Virus record (IMG/VR): IMGVR_UViG_3300032103_000260
Coordinates: 23,224-87,223 of that record
DNA length: 64,000 bases
DNA from: a virus
Strand: one strand, 5' to 3'
Shown here: one piece after another, positions 48,952-58,431 of the stretch
Numbering within the stretch: position 1 is the stretch's first letter
How the letters are laid out: each line of letters opens with the position of its first letter
Position numbers and translations under genes: made by a program
Notes under the pieces: model-generated
The model's database searches: none
The model's input: the letters and a program-made list of their open reading frames with translations, nothing else
Told to the model about the DNA's origin: nothing

Positions 48952-49419
48952 ATGTATGATTTTTATAGATTTTTAGTATTTATAAAAAAATGTGGAAATA
49001 ATATGACTCAGACATTTAAAGTTGCTTTCAATAAAGCTATTAATTTAATATCAAAAAAAAGAGATATATTATTAATTAATCAAATTAATAATGCTTTAAA
49101 TGTTATTCATGAAACAGAATATTATAATATTCTAGATTATTTAAAAGACAAGGGTGTTAATCTATCATCTATTACGGATATACCAGTAAATAATGAAAAC
49201 GATAAGGTAAAAGTTTATTATGTAAAAGGTGGAGCTACTATTAGTGAACACACACATGAATTTATTGAGTCATATATATGTTTATTTGGTAATATAAAGA
49301 TTAATTTATGCAATGACTATCACATAATAAATTCATTTGAAACATTTAAAATTGATAAAAACCAAAAACATTCAATAGAATTTATTGAAGACACTTTTTT
49401 GATTGTTTTTGCTCAATAA
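48952..49419 (+). CDS. Cupin-fold protein
   Basis: ISEHTHEFIES..C, KHSIEF. Confidence 0.6.
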   Translation: MYDFYRFLVFIKKCGNNMTQTFKVAFNKAINLISKKRDILLINQINNALNVIHETEYYNILDYLKDKGVNLSSITDIPVNNENDKVKVYYVKGGATISEHTHEFIESYICLFGNIKINLCNDYHIINSFETFKIDKNQKHSIEFIEDTFLIVFAQ

Positions 49420-49420
49420 T

Positions 49421-49627
49421 CTACCATTTTTTAATTGGGCATGATGAATGTTCTGATCTAACCTTTGCTGGCATAAAGCAGCCACAAACCCCACATCTTT
49501 TTGTAATCTGTTTAAATTGATCACAAGATATACATGATTTAATTCTTTTTTTGGCTAGTTCTTCAGTTTCTTTATTTGGAAACATATAATTTTTCCAGCC
49601 TTCATAGATTTCTTCTAATTGATTCAT
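49421..49627 (-). CDS. Small Cys-rich phage protein
   Basis: CISC..CGVCGCFMPAKVR..CPIKKW. Confidence 0.7.
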   Translation of the reverse strand: MNQLEEIYEGWKNYMFPNKETEELAKKRIKSCISCDQFKQITKRCGVCGCFMPAKVRSEHSSCPIKKW

Positions 49628-49630
49628 ATT

Positions 49631-51604
49631 TTACCTATAAATTATTCTACCACCTTTACTTACTTTAATATTTAAATTTAGATTGTTTTTAGCTTCAAAA
49701 AATGCATTATGTAATACCTGTTCTGATGTAAAACCATAATCATAAATTCTTAATTTTTGAATACCACCAAAAAATGAATTATTAAAATAATTTTGAATAA
49801 CTAAATTATCTTTATTTTTATCTTTAGATAATTTATCAGAACCAGTTAAAGTGAAATTATCGATAAATAATTTAAATCCATCTACTAATGGTTTATCTGA
49901 TTCAATGTAAATACCTACAAAAATTGTTTGTAATCCAGTATTATCTTTTAATCTAAACTTTAATTTTAGATCAAACCATTCACCAATATTTTCACCATTA
50001 TAAATAATTTCCTCAATTACATTAATATCCGTAGTACCATATGTAATTAATGATATTTTTTTTATTGGTGGTAATTCATTTAGTTCAATTATATTTTGAA
50101 ATATACCTGCATCAAATATTTTAGTTGTTAAGGTATAGTTTCTATTACTCAATAATTCAAACGGTAGTATATTTTCAATAAAATACATTGACTTAGTTGA
50201 TGTTATGCCAGTAACATTACTTATTTCCATTACAGTAACAGGTAATTGTACCTGTGGATCACAAATATCTTCTGTGTAAAATAACGTATTATTCATTATA
50301 AATTGAATACCTGTTGTCGCAGATGTTCCTGTCATTCCTGTTGTTACTATACATGAATAATCAACAAGTGGATTTAAAGCTAATTGAAAATTAGAATCAA
50401 TAAATTGCTGATCATTTCCATCGTAGATAACTCTTTTATTAGTATCCCAATGATACGAATGTTCTAGTCCAAAACTACCGCCACCCCAAGAAATATTAAA
50501 TGATACTCCCAATTGTTTTTCTTTTTGATTCTTTATGTTTTTAAAATAAAACTCATCAAAGTCTTTTATTTTCCAAATTTGTCTACCATTAACATAAACA
50601 GCAAAATCACCCTTTCTTCTTTCAGCACACTCAAGTAAATCAGGATCAGCAATCACATTATATGGTTTAAATGTTAATGTAATAATTGTCCAGCCAGTGT
50701 TAATTTTATTTAATGATATATTATCCCTAATTATACCTTCATCATCTATATATTTAAAACCAAGATATTCATCTGTAGTTAAATATAATGCAACAATATT
50801 GCCATTAATGGAAGTTTTTTTCTGTCTTATGTATATATCATTATTTTTATTATCTATGTTTCTAACCGCATTAGGTACTGTTGTTCCTGTTTTATATGCT
50901 GCTAAATAGTTATCTTCTCCTGTTGTTATACCAGAATACGAATCATCTGAATTGAGATATTCAATAACCTCATTTTTTTCAGTTTTAGTTTTATATGATG
51001 ATAATACTATTGTTTCTCCTGAAAATGGATCATTATATTTATCCTCTGCTCTAGCTCCCATCATAAAAATAATACCATTATTATATGAATTACTATCAAT
51101 TCTAATTACAGTTTCAATAGTAATACCATTTGATCTAGCTGGAAATAATTCATAATTATAGTTATACAATTTAAAAAATCCTTGAAGATAGCCACCTGAA
51201 AGATTAAAGTGATTACCAACAAAAGTATCACCAGTAAAAGATGTATTAGCGGTAATTCCAGTTAATTCTGCACCATAAATATAACCACTTTCAGTAATAC
51301 CAGTAATACCATAACCATCATAAAACGTTCCACCTGTTTCAGTATTATATCCGACTCTGTAAAGTTGAACTTTAGTGTCGTTTGGTGTAAGGGTTAAAGT
51401 ATCATGCATTTTAGAGACTCTACCATTATCATATGCTGATAATCCAAAATCATATAAAAAAATGTTATCAGATTTAGCATTTTTCCATTGATTTAGGCTA
51501 ATTGACGTAAATCCATTGTTAAGATTCCATGATTTTAAATCCGTTAAGTCTATATGTATAGCTAAACCATGATAAATTATATTATTAAGACACTTTAATT
51601 CCAT
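49631..51604 (-). CDS. Putative virion/tail protein with beta-sandwich domains
   Basis: 657 aa; TG-rich stretches, SFFGGIQKLRIY end; late motif at 51621. Confidence 0.6.
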   Translation of the reverse strand: MELKCLNNIIYHGLAIHIDLTDLKSWNLNNGFTSISLNQWKNAKSDNIFLYDFGLSAYDNGRVSKMHDTLTLTPNDTKVQLYRVGYNTETGGTFYDGYGITGITESGYIYGAELTGITANTSFTGDTFVGNHFNLSGGYLQGFFKLYNYNYELFPARSNGITIETVIRIDSNSYNNGIIFMMGARAEDKYNDPFSGETIVLSSYKTKTEKNEVIEYLNSDDSYSGITTGEDNYLAAYKTGTTVPNAVRNIDNKNNDIYIRQKKTSINGNIVALYLTTDEYLGFKYIDDEGIIRDNISLNKINTGWTIITLTFKPYNVIADPDLLECAERRKGDFAVYVNGRQIWKIKDFDEFYFKNIKNQKEKQLGVSFNISWGGGSFGLEHSYHWDTNKRVIYDGNDQQFIDSNFQLALNPLVDYSCIVTTGMTGTSATTGIQFIMNNTLFYTEDICDPQVQLPVTVMEISNVTGITSTKSMYFIENILPFELLSNRNYTLTTKIFDAGIFQNIIELNELPPIKKISLITYGTTDINVIEEIIYNGENIGEWFDLKLKFRLKDNTGLQTIFVGIYIESDKPLVDGFKLFIDNFTLTGSDKLSKDKNKDNLVIQNYFNNSFFGGIQKLRIYDYGFTSEQVLHNAFFEAKNNLNLNIKVSKGGRIIYR

Positions 51605-51669
51605 TTAAATGTAGTTTTACATAAATACTAATAGTGTTTTTATAAGTATTTATAAAAAATGCGTTTTTT

Positions 51670-53262
51670 ATGCAGAAAAATGAAAAAACTAATTCAGATA
51701 GTGTTGGAAAATTACTTAATGAAGCAGAGGTACTACTTAAGGGGATTATAACCGAGGGTAAAAAAAGAAAAGTTAAGTCCTTAAGAACACAAACTGCTCT
51801 TCCAATAAACATGCCATTATCAAATCTATTCATGTTAGATGGAATAATGGATTCTGGTGATGGTGTTTCAGAGAAAATGATGAAATACGGTAAGTTTATT
51901 AATGAATATCTTTCTGAATTTTTAGATGAAAATCACGAATTATACGACATTGTTGAGGATTACGATGTTCATGAAAAAACAGAAGTTTTAGTAGATAAAT
52001 GGATTAACCTTGAATTTTTACAAAATGTAATGAAATACAATGAATTTAAGGGTGGTGACTTTTCAAAACAAGAATATGAAAAATTAGCTAAAGAAAGCGA
52101 ACAATTGGCTAATGAGATATATAAATCATATGAAACTTTTGATTGGATTAAAGATGCTGAAAAGAAAATGATAAAAATAGAAAAAGATTTTGCAAAAAAA
52201 AATCCTGACTATTTAAAATGGGCATCACAGAACATAAATCAAACATTATTAAACGTTTTTGAAGACAAACAAAATAAACCACCGCTTAGAAAACCAATGA
52301 AGGGTGATGTTAAAAAGTATAAGGTTTATGTGAGAAATAAAAAAACTGGTAACATAAAAAAAGTAAATTTTGGTGATCCTAATATGGAAATTAAAAGGGA
52401 TGATCCAGAAAGAAGAAAATTATTTAGAGCAAGACATAATTGTGATACAGCTAAAGATGAAACAACTCCAAGATATTGGTCATGTAAATTTTGGTCTAAG
52501 AAAAGAGTAAGCGATTTATTAAATGAAATTGTAGACCCCAAAACTGTTGAAGTTGAATATCTTAAAGTAAAGGATCAATTTAATCCTAAAATTTGGGAAA
52601 ATGAGAATAAACTATCACCAAAAGTGAGAGCAGCATTATTAAAAAATGCAATAGAATTTATTAAATATCTTAATTTAGAAAATTTACCAATTAAAGATAT
52701 TGTCTTTACTGGAAGTTTAGCTAACTATACTTGGACTGACTATTCTGATCTTGATGTTCATATTATTACAGATTTTAATGAATTAGGTGTTGATGATGAG
52801 ACTCTTAGAGAGTTATTTAAAACCAAAAAAAGTTTGTGGGAAACAAAAGTAAAGGCTAAAGTAAAGGGATATGACGTTGAATTATATGTTGAAGATACTA
52901 ATGAAGAAGTAAATATTAGTGGTGTTTATTCATTAATAAAAAATCAGTGGATTGAAAAACCAATAAAGCAAATGGTTGGTATTGATACATCCGATATACA
53001 ATTAAAATCTGCATCATTAATGAACCTTATTGATCATCTTGAAGGTTTGGAAGATAGTGATGCTAAAGTTGAATTATTTGATGCATTAAAAGAAAAATTA
53101 ACCAATTATAGAAAAGCAGGATTACAAAGCGAAGGTGAATTCTCAACTGAAAATCTAGTATTTAAGATTTTGAGAAATAATGGTTATTTGAAAAAAATAA
53201 AAAACGCAAAAACTAATAGTTTAAATAAAGAATTATCGTTAGAATATGAAAATAAGAATTAA
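51670..53262 (+). CDS. Multidomain protein with a C-terminal Pol-beta-family nucleotidyltransferase
   Basis: FTGSLANY..YSDLDVH..DVELY; central KKVNFGD..FRARHNC..YWSC domain. Confidence 0.75.
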   Translation: MQKNEKTNSDSVGKLLNEAEVLLKGIITEGKKRKVKSLRTQTALPINMPLSNLFMLDGIMDSGDGVSEKMMKYGKFINEYLSEFLDENHELYDIVEDYDVHEKTEVLVDKWINLEFLQNVMKYNEFKGGDFSKQEYEKLAKESEQLANEIYKSYETFDWIKDAEKKMIKIEKDFAKKNPDYLKWASQNINQTLLNVFEDKQNKPPLRKPMKGDVKKYKVYVRNKKTGNIKKVNFGDPNMEIKRDDPERRKLFRARHNCDTAKDETTPRYWSCKFWSKKRVSDLLNEIVDPKTVEVEYLKVKDQFNPKIWENENKLSPKVRAALLKNAIEFIKYLNLENLPIKDIVFTGSLANYTWTDYSDLDVHIITDFNELGVDDETLRELFKTKKSLWETKVKAKVKGYDVELYVEDTNEEVNISGVYSLIKNQWIEKPIKQMVGIDTSDIQLKSASLMNLIDHLEGLEDSDAKVELFDALKEKLTNYRKAGLQSEGEFSTENLVFKILRNNGYLKKIKNAKTNSLNKELSLEYENKN

Positions 53263-54457
53263 AGAATCACAGTATAATGCACTACTTGAAAGAAAAGTAG
53301 TAAATTCTATTTTAGAAAGAATTGAGCATACAAAAAAGACTTTAAATGAGTCAGAGCAAATTGATGAAGCAATATCAAACACACTTAAAGATTATTTAAA
53401 AAAAGGATTATTAACTGTCGGTGTGATCGCAGGTTTAATGGCTAACAACGTTAGTGCTCAAGAATTACAATCCGCAGGTGTTCCGCAAGAAAATATAGCA
53501 AAAGCAGAACAAATGATTTCAGGTAAACAAATTGATCTAAATCAAATTGAGAAAGTTTTTATTAAAAATGCTGAAAAGATGGATAGAATTGTACTAAAAA
53601 AGTACAATGAACTACCACAAGAAAAAAAGATTGCAGTATTAAAAACCATAAGAAATAATATTGATAAGTTGTCTGATATAAAAAATATTGATTTTGGACT
53701 TATGCTTGGTATTAAATTATCTCCAGATAAAATGGCTAAAAATGTATTAAATTTTGGAAGTGAAGTTGTTAAAGTTGTTAGTGTTGATACTGTTTACACT
53801 AAAACATCTACTCCTGTAGGAAATTATTTTTCATTTAATGGTTCTAATATAGAAAATGCTGAAGAATTAAAAACTAAATTACAAGAAATAATGGATAGTT
53901 ATACTAAAGTAGATAAAATTGAAATAGTATCTTCATCAAGCACATTAAGAAATACTAAAGAATCTGAAGGTAAAACTTGGTTAGAACTATCCACTGAAAG
54001 AGCAAATGAAATAAAAAATGTTTTAGTTGGTATGAAAACTAGTTGTGGTGGATGTGGTGTAAATCCTACTGAGATTAATGAGGAAATTGTTTCAATAAAT
54101 CCTAACGGTACTAATGGTGATGGTACAAGTGGGCCAAAAAGTCCTTATGAAGTAAATTCTAAATATGTTCAAGCATATCAGCAAAAAGGTATTGACCCTA
54201 AATTCTGGCAATCTGCAGCAAAAGATGCACCACTTGAAAATATTGAAGATTATAAACAATTCCAATATGTCAATGTTATTATAACTGGAACTGTTATGGT
54301 TGACAAAGTAGAAGAAATGCCTAATTATGATTACCTTACTATGGTAATTAGACAAAAAGGTGGCAAAATTGATCCACCAGTTAAGGCAGGTAAACAAGAT
54401 GTTTCTGTTTGTAAAATACAAGTACCTAAAGTAAAGAAACAAAAAATGAAATTCTAA
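53246..54457 (+). CDS. Hypothetical virion-type protein, possible OmpA-C-like domain
   Basis: MKIRIKESQYNALLE leader; SSSS..N..WLELSTERANEIK. Confidence 0.55.
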   Translation: MKIRIKESQYNALLERKVVNSILERIEHTKKTLNESEQIDEAISNTLKDYLKKGLLTVGVIAGLMANNVSAQELQSAGVPQENIAKAEQMISGKQIDLNQIEKVFIKNAEKMDRIVLKKYNELPQEKKIAVLKTIRNNIDKLSDIKNIDFGLMLGIKLSPDKMAKNVLNFGSEVVKVVSVDTVYTKTSTPVGNYFSFNGSNIENAEELKTKLQEIMDSYTKVDKIEIVSSSSTLRNTKESEGKTWLELSTERANEIKNVLVGMKTSCGGCGVNPTEINEEIVSINPNGTNGDGTSGPKSPYEVNSKYVQAYQQKGIDPKFWQSAAKDAPLENIEDYKQFQYVNVIITGTVMVDKVEEMPNYDYLTMVIRQKGGKIDPPVKAGKQDVSVCKIQVPKVKKQKMKF

Positions 54458-54460
54458 AAA

Positions 54461-54485
54461 TAAAGGGGCTTTAAGCCCCTTTTTT
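54461..54485. terminator. Bidirectional terminator
   Basis: AAAGGGGCT-tta-AGCCCCTTTTT between convergent genes. Confidence 0.75.
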
Positions 54486-54858
54486 AATTACAGACACTAC
54501 AAGATAATTTTAATTCATTCTTATCTTGAATTATCCTTAATTTTTCACTTTTCAGTAACTCATATATATTGGCAATATTACATCTATTAATAACTGCCAG
54601 ATAATTATAATATCCGATTTTTAAATGGTTACCATTTGATACCTCAATGACCATTTCTCTAAAAAATTTATTCTGATCACTATCCTTTTCAAGAGAAATT
54701 ACAGGACAATCAGTATTACCAACACGAACCATCATTTTTGTATCATAATACCTTGCAACGTCAACCAGTGCAACATTTGTAGAGTCATCGGGAATAATGT
54801 TTTGTGAGTATCCCACTATGGGTATAATCATCAATAATACACGAAATAGATGTTTCAT
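54484..54858 (-). CDS. Secreted hypothetical protein
   Basis: MKHLFRVLLMIIPIVGYS-Q. Confidence 0.6.
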   Translation of the reverse strand: MKHLFRVLLMIIPIVGYSQNIIPDDSTNVALVDVARYYDTKMMVRVGNTDCPVISLEKDSDQNKFFREMVIEVSNGNHLKIGYYNYLAVINRCNIANIYELLKSEKLRIIQDKNELKLSCSVCN

Positions 54859-55010
54859 AGCTGTTTTTTTTATGTTATACGAAAATTAGGTATTTATAGT
54901 TACATAAAGTGCTAATTAAAGACCAAAATTATGTTTTTTTAGGGAAATAATTAGTATTTATAAAAAAATGTAATAAGAATAATTATTCTTTCTTTAAAAT
55001 TTTAATTAAA

Positions 55011-57791
55011 ATGAACGAAAACTTTTATAAAAGGCTAAGAGAACTGTCAGCAATAGACAAAACTAAAACAAGTTCTACCTCACTTAATGCTATGACTCTT
55101 GTTGATTTCAAGAGAGCAGATGATGGTACTGCATTAGGTATTATTAAGGAAAATCATAACTATTATATCAAAACATCTAAAGCTCAAGGTGATAAACTTA
55201 GTGCTGCAGATTTTGCATATATTGGTGGTATTGAAAACAAAAGAAAATACCTGTTTGAGTCGCTTGCTAAAGCTGAAAAACAAAGAGAATTTTACATGGC
55301 TTCATTAAATGAAGCATTCTCTTTTAGAGAAAAAGATGAAACTACAGAAAAAAAAGTTTCACTAAATGAAGCGACTAAATTGGAAGTTAATGAGTCTGTT
55401 GAAGGATTCTTAAAAAAAAGAATTACCGAGGGGAAAAAAAGCCTAGCTGAATCAACTCAAGAAAAGTTTAAAAAAAATATTAAACCAGCAGAAAAATCTA
55501 ATGGTAATAAAGGCTTGTTGTCTAAACAAGCAGATTTCGCAATTAGAAAAGCATTGGGTAAATTAAATGAATCTGAGGTATTAGTTACTGCAGATTCACA
55601 AATTGCTGATGCCGATATGGTAGATAACAAAACAGGTAAGGAAAATGCGCAAGCACCTGTTAACGATACAAACGCAAAAACTAAGGCTAACTTAGGACAT
55701 GCACAACCAAGTGATCTTGTAACCTCTGATTCAGAGATTGAAATGTCCGATTCAGTTATTGGGTTAGAAAATGCTGATATGAAAGTATCAACAGAAGCAG
55801 TTTTTGAAGGTAAAGTTCACGCAACTGCTGATTCTAAAATCAAAAAATCTGATGCAATGTCAGAAAAGAAAGGTAAAGAATCAGCACAAGCTCCAGTAAA
55901 TGATACAAACACAAAAAGCAAATCAAAATTAGGTACAGCACAACCAAGTGATCTTGTAACTTCTGATTCTAAAATTAAAATGTCTGATTCAATAAATAAA
56001 GACGATGAAATTGAAGGGTTAGAAAGTGAGGAAGGTGATACTGCAGATGCTGAATTAGATGCTGCAGCTAAAGCACTTGATGATTTAGAAATTGCAGATG
56101 CATCAACCGATACTGAAGTATCTGGTGATAATGCTATTGATAATTCTACGTTAGATGCTCCATCAGAACCAGCACCTGCTGCTGCACCTACAACACCTGC
56201 ACCTGCTCCTGATATGAGTGGTGAAGAACCTGCTCCTGATATGGGTGCTGAAGGTGGTGAAGAACCAACTGCAGATGTTGGATTAGATATGGGTGATTAT
56301 GCTGATGGTGACATGGGTGAAGATGGTGACATTAAAAAAGTTGAAAAACTAACTGGTAAATTAGATAATGCTGTTAGAAACACAGAATTAACTGGTGATA
56401 AAACAACAGCATTATTAAATCAAATCATATCATCATTCGGTGATAAATTAGCTGAACTAGATTCTGAAGAAAGAAAAAAAATTGCAACTAAAATTGTCAA
56501 GTCTGAAAAAGATGAAAGTGGTGAAGATTCTAAAGAGGATATAAGTGGTGAAGAAATGCCTGAATTAGATGATGAAGCTAATGAAGCTATTGATAGTAAG
56601 GTAGCATCTCTTAAAGAAAATAGTTTTAATGATGATGAAGATTTAGATGATGAAATGAGTGATCTAGATGATGAGTTAGGAATTAGTGTTGAAGATAAGA
56701 AAAAAGCAAAAACTGCATTTGATGCAGACACTGGTTTTAACAATTATTTGAGAAATAGAGGTTATGACAGTGTTGAAGAATGTAGTGAACAAGAAATGGC
56801 AAGTGTCGTTAGTAATTGGGCAACTGATCATGCTGATGGTGAAAATGATGGTGATTATAAGACTGTTGCTATTTATTTAACACCTGCAATTCAGAAAGAA
56901 CTTGAAGATGCTGGTCATGGTGATTTTATTGAAAAATTAAAATCTGTTGTTGGTGAAATTGATGAAGATCAATTAGCTAAGTTTGGTTCATTTGAACCAA
57001 TGCCTGATGCAGAAGAAAACATGAGTGATACTGAAGAAGAATCTGGTGAAGAAGAAACAGAAGAAAAACCAGAAATGGGTTTTGCGCCTGCTGGTGATGT
57101 TTTAACTGCTAAAGATGGTGAAGAAGAATCAGAAGAAGTTGAGGAAAATCTTAAGGGTGGTCAGAAAAAACTTGATAAAAACAAGAACAATAAGATTGAC
57201 GCTAAAGATTTCAAAATAATGAAAAAAGAAAAGGTTGATGAATCAGCAGATAAATTAAAGAAATTCATAAAAATTAAAATTGAAGAAAAATTAGGGATTA
57301 GAAAACCTGTTTTAACTGAAGGCAAAAAAACACCTACATCGATTTTAATTGAAAGAATGATTGATGAAGAATTAGGTAAACTAACTGAAGCTGAATTACA
57401 AGAAATTTCTCTTGGCGGTTTATTCAGTGCTGGTAAGAAGATTGGTAATATGGCATCTGGTGCTGCACAAAAAGCATATAGTGCTGTTGAAACTAAAATT
57501 CAAGGAGTAGCAAATAATATTAAGGCTGTTGGTGATGAGATTGCTAAATCATATCATGTTGGTGCAAAAAATGCAGTGGTTGATGATATTGAAAGAATGG
57601 CAGTTGAGTTAGGTCAATTGATTGCTAAGTTAAATGCTTCAGCAGTTAAAGCTGGTGAACAACCAATAAATCCTAAATCAATTATAGCTACAATTCAAAA
57701 CCAAATAGGTGCTGCAAAACCAGCACAACAGGGTCAGCAAGCAAAACCAGCACAATCTCAGGTAAACTTGAGTAAGTTTAAGACTAAATAA
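55011..57791 (+). CDS. Large acidic protein, putative prohead core/scaffold
   Basis: 926 aa, D/E- and PA-rich, internal duplication, LDKNKNNKIDAKDF motif; upstream of terminase/portal. Confidence 0.6.
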   Translation: MNENFYKRLRELSAIDKTKTSSTSLNAMTLVDFKRADDGTALGIIKENHNYYIKTSKAQGDKLSAADFAYIGGIENKRKYLFESLAKAEKQREFYMASLNEAFSFREKDETTEKKVSLNEATKLEVNESVEGFLKKRITEGKKSLAESTQEKFKKNIKPAEKSNGNKGLLSKQADFAIRKALGKLNESEVLVTADSQIADADMVDNKTGKENAQAPVNDTNAKTKANLGHAQPSDLVTSDSEIEMSDSVIGLENADMKVSTEAVFEGKVHATADSKIKKSDAMSEKKGKESAQAPVNDTNTKSKSKLGTAQPSDLVTSDSKIKMSDSINKDDEIEGLESEEGDTADAELDAAAKALDDLEIADASTDTEVSGDNAIDNSTLDAPSEPAPAAAPTTPAPAPDMSGEEPAPDMGAEGGEEPTADVGLDMGDYADGDMGEDGDIKKVEKLTGKLDNAVRNTELTGDKTTALLNQIISSFGDKLAELDSEERKKIATKIVKSEKDESGEDSKEDISGEEMPELDDEANEAIDSKVASLKENSFNDDEDLDDEMSDLDDELGISVEDKKKAKTAFDADTGFNNYLRNRGYDSVEECSEQEMASVVSNWATDHADGENDGDYKTVAIYLTPAIQKELEDAGHGDFIEKLKSVVGEIDEDQLAKFGSFEPMPDAEENMSDTEEESGEEETEEKPEMGFAPAGDVLTAKDGEEESEEVEENLKGGQKKLDKNKNNKIDAKDFKIMKKEKVDESADKLKKFIKIKIEEKLGIRKPVLTEGKKTPTSILIERMIDEELGKLTEAELQEISLGGLFSAGKKIGNMASGAAQKAYSAVETKIQGVANNIKAVGDEIAKSYHVGAKNAVVDDIERMAVELGQLIAKLNASAVKAGEQPINPKSIIATIQNQIGAAKPAQQGQQAKPAQSQVNLSKFKTK

Positions 57792-58351
57792 TGAAAAAAG
57801 AAAAGGAATTAAAACTTATTTACATAAATAAAATAGGGTATAATTCTAAAGATGAGGGGATGTATGAATTCATATTTAGTGATGATCCCGAATCTGTAGA
57901 TGCGGAAGCATGGGGCTGGACTAAAATTCCAGCCTCTTCTAATGCAGAAGTACCATCTGAAGATGCTATTAGTGAAGTCTACACACTAAAAACAAATTTA
58001 TTTGATTTAATATGTCTTCATGATTGTGATGACAGACCATATATGCATGGATATCATTCAATACATGCATTAGCTTATGAAGACGAAGATTATCAAGGTG
58101 ATCCAGAATATAATGCATTATATGGTAATATGCCATTACTAGTATTTCATTATGGAATGACTACTGAACAAGTAAAAGATTTGTTATACGAAAGAGATGT
58201 AATACTAAAAGGAAATGATTTTGTAGCTACAAAATCTAAACAAAAATCTAAAAAACAAATAGATAAAATTGTTGAAAAAGTTAAAGAAGAATTAGAAAAT
58301 GAGGATACTAAACAATCTTCAGATGAAGATTTTTTTCAAATAAAATTTTAA
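57791..58351 (+). CDS. Hypothetical protein
   Basis: 186-aa ORF in the head module. Confidence 0.7.
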   Translation: MKKEKELKLIYINKIGYNSKDEGMYEFIFSDDPESVDAEAWGWTKIPASSNAEVPSEDAISEVYTLKTNLFDLICLHDCDDRPYMHGYHSIHALAYEDEDYQGDPEYNALYGNMPLLVFHYGMTTEQVKDLLYERDVILKGNDFVATKSKQKSKKQIDKIVEKVKEELENEDTKQSSDEDFFQIKF

Positions 58352-58431
58352 TATCTATACATAACCCTAAAAAAGACTATGGAAGCATAGTCTTTTTTTT
58401 AGTATTTATAATAAATATAATATTTTATAAC

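Noticed and set aside
55011-57791. Major capsid protein call for the 926-aa ORF
   Set aside because: It is a low-complexity acidic sequence with no HK97-fold signature; the MCP is not in this window.
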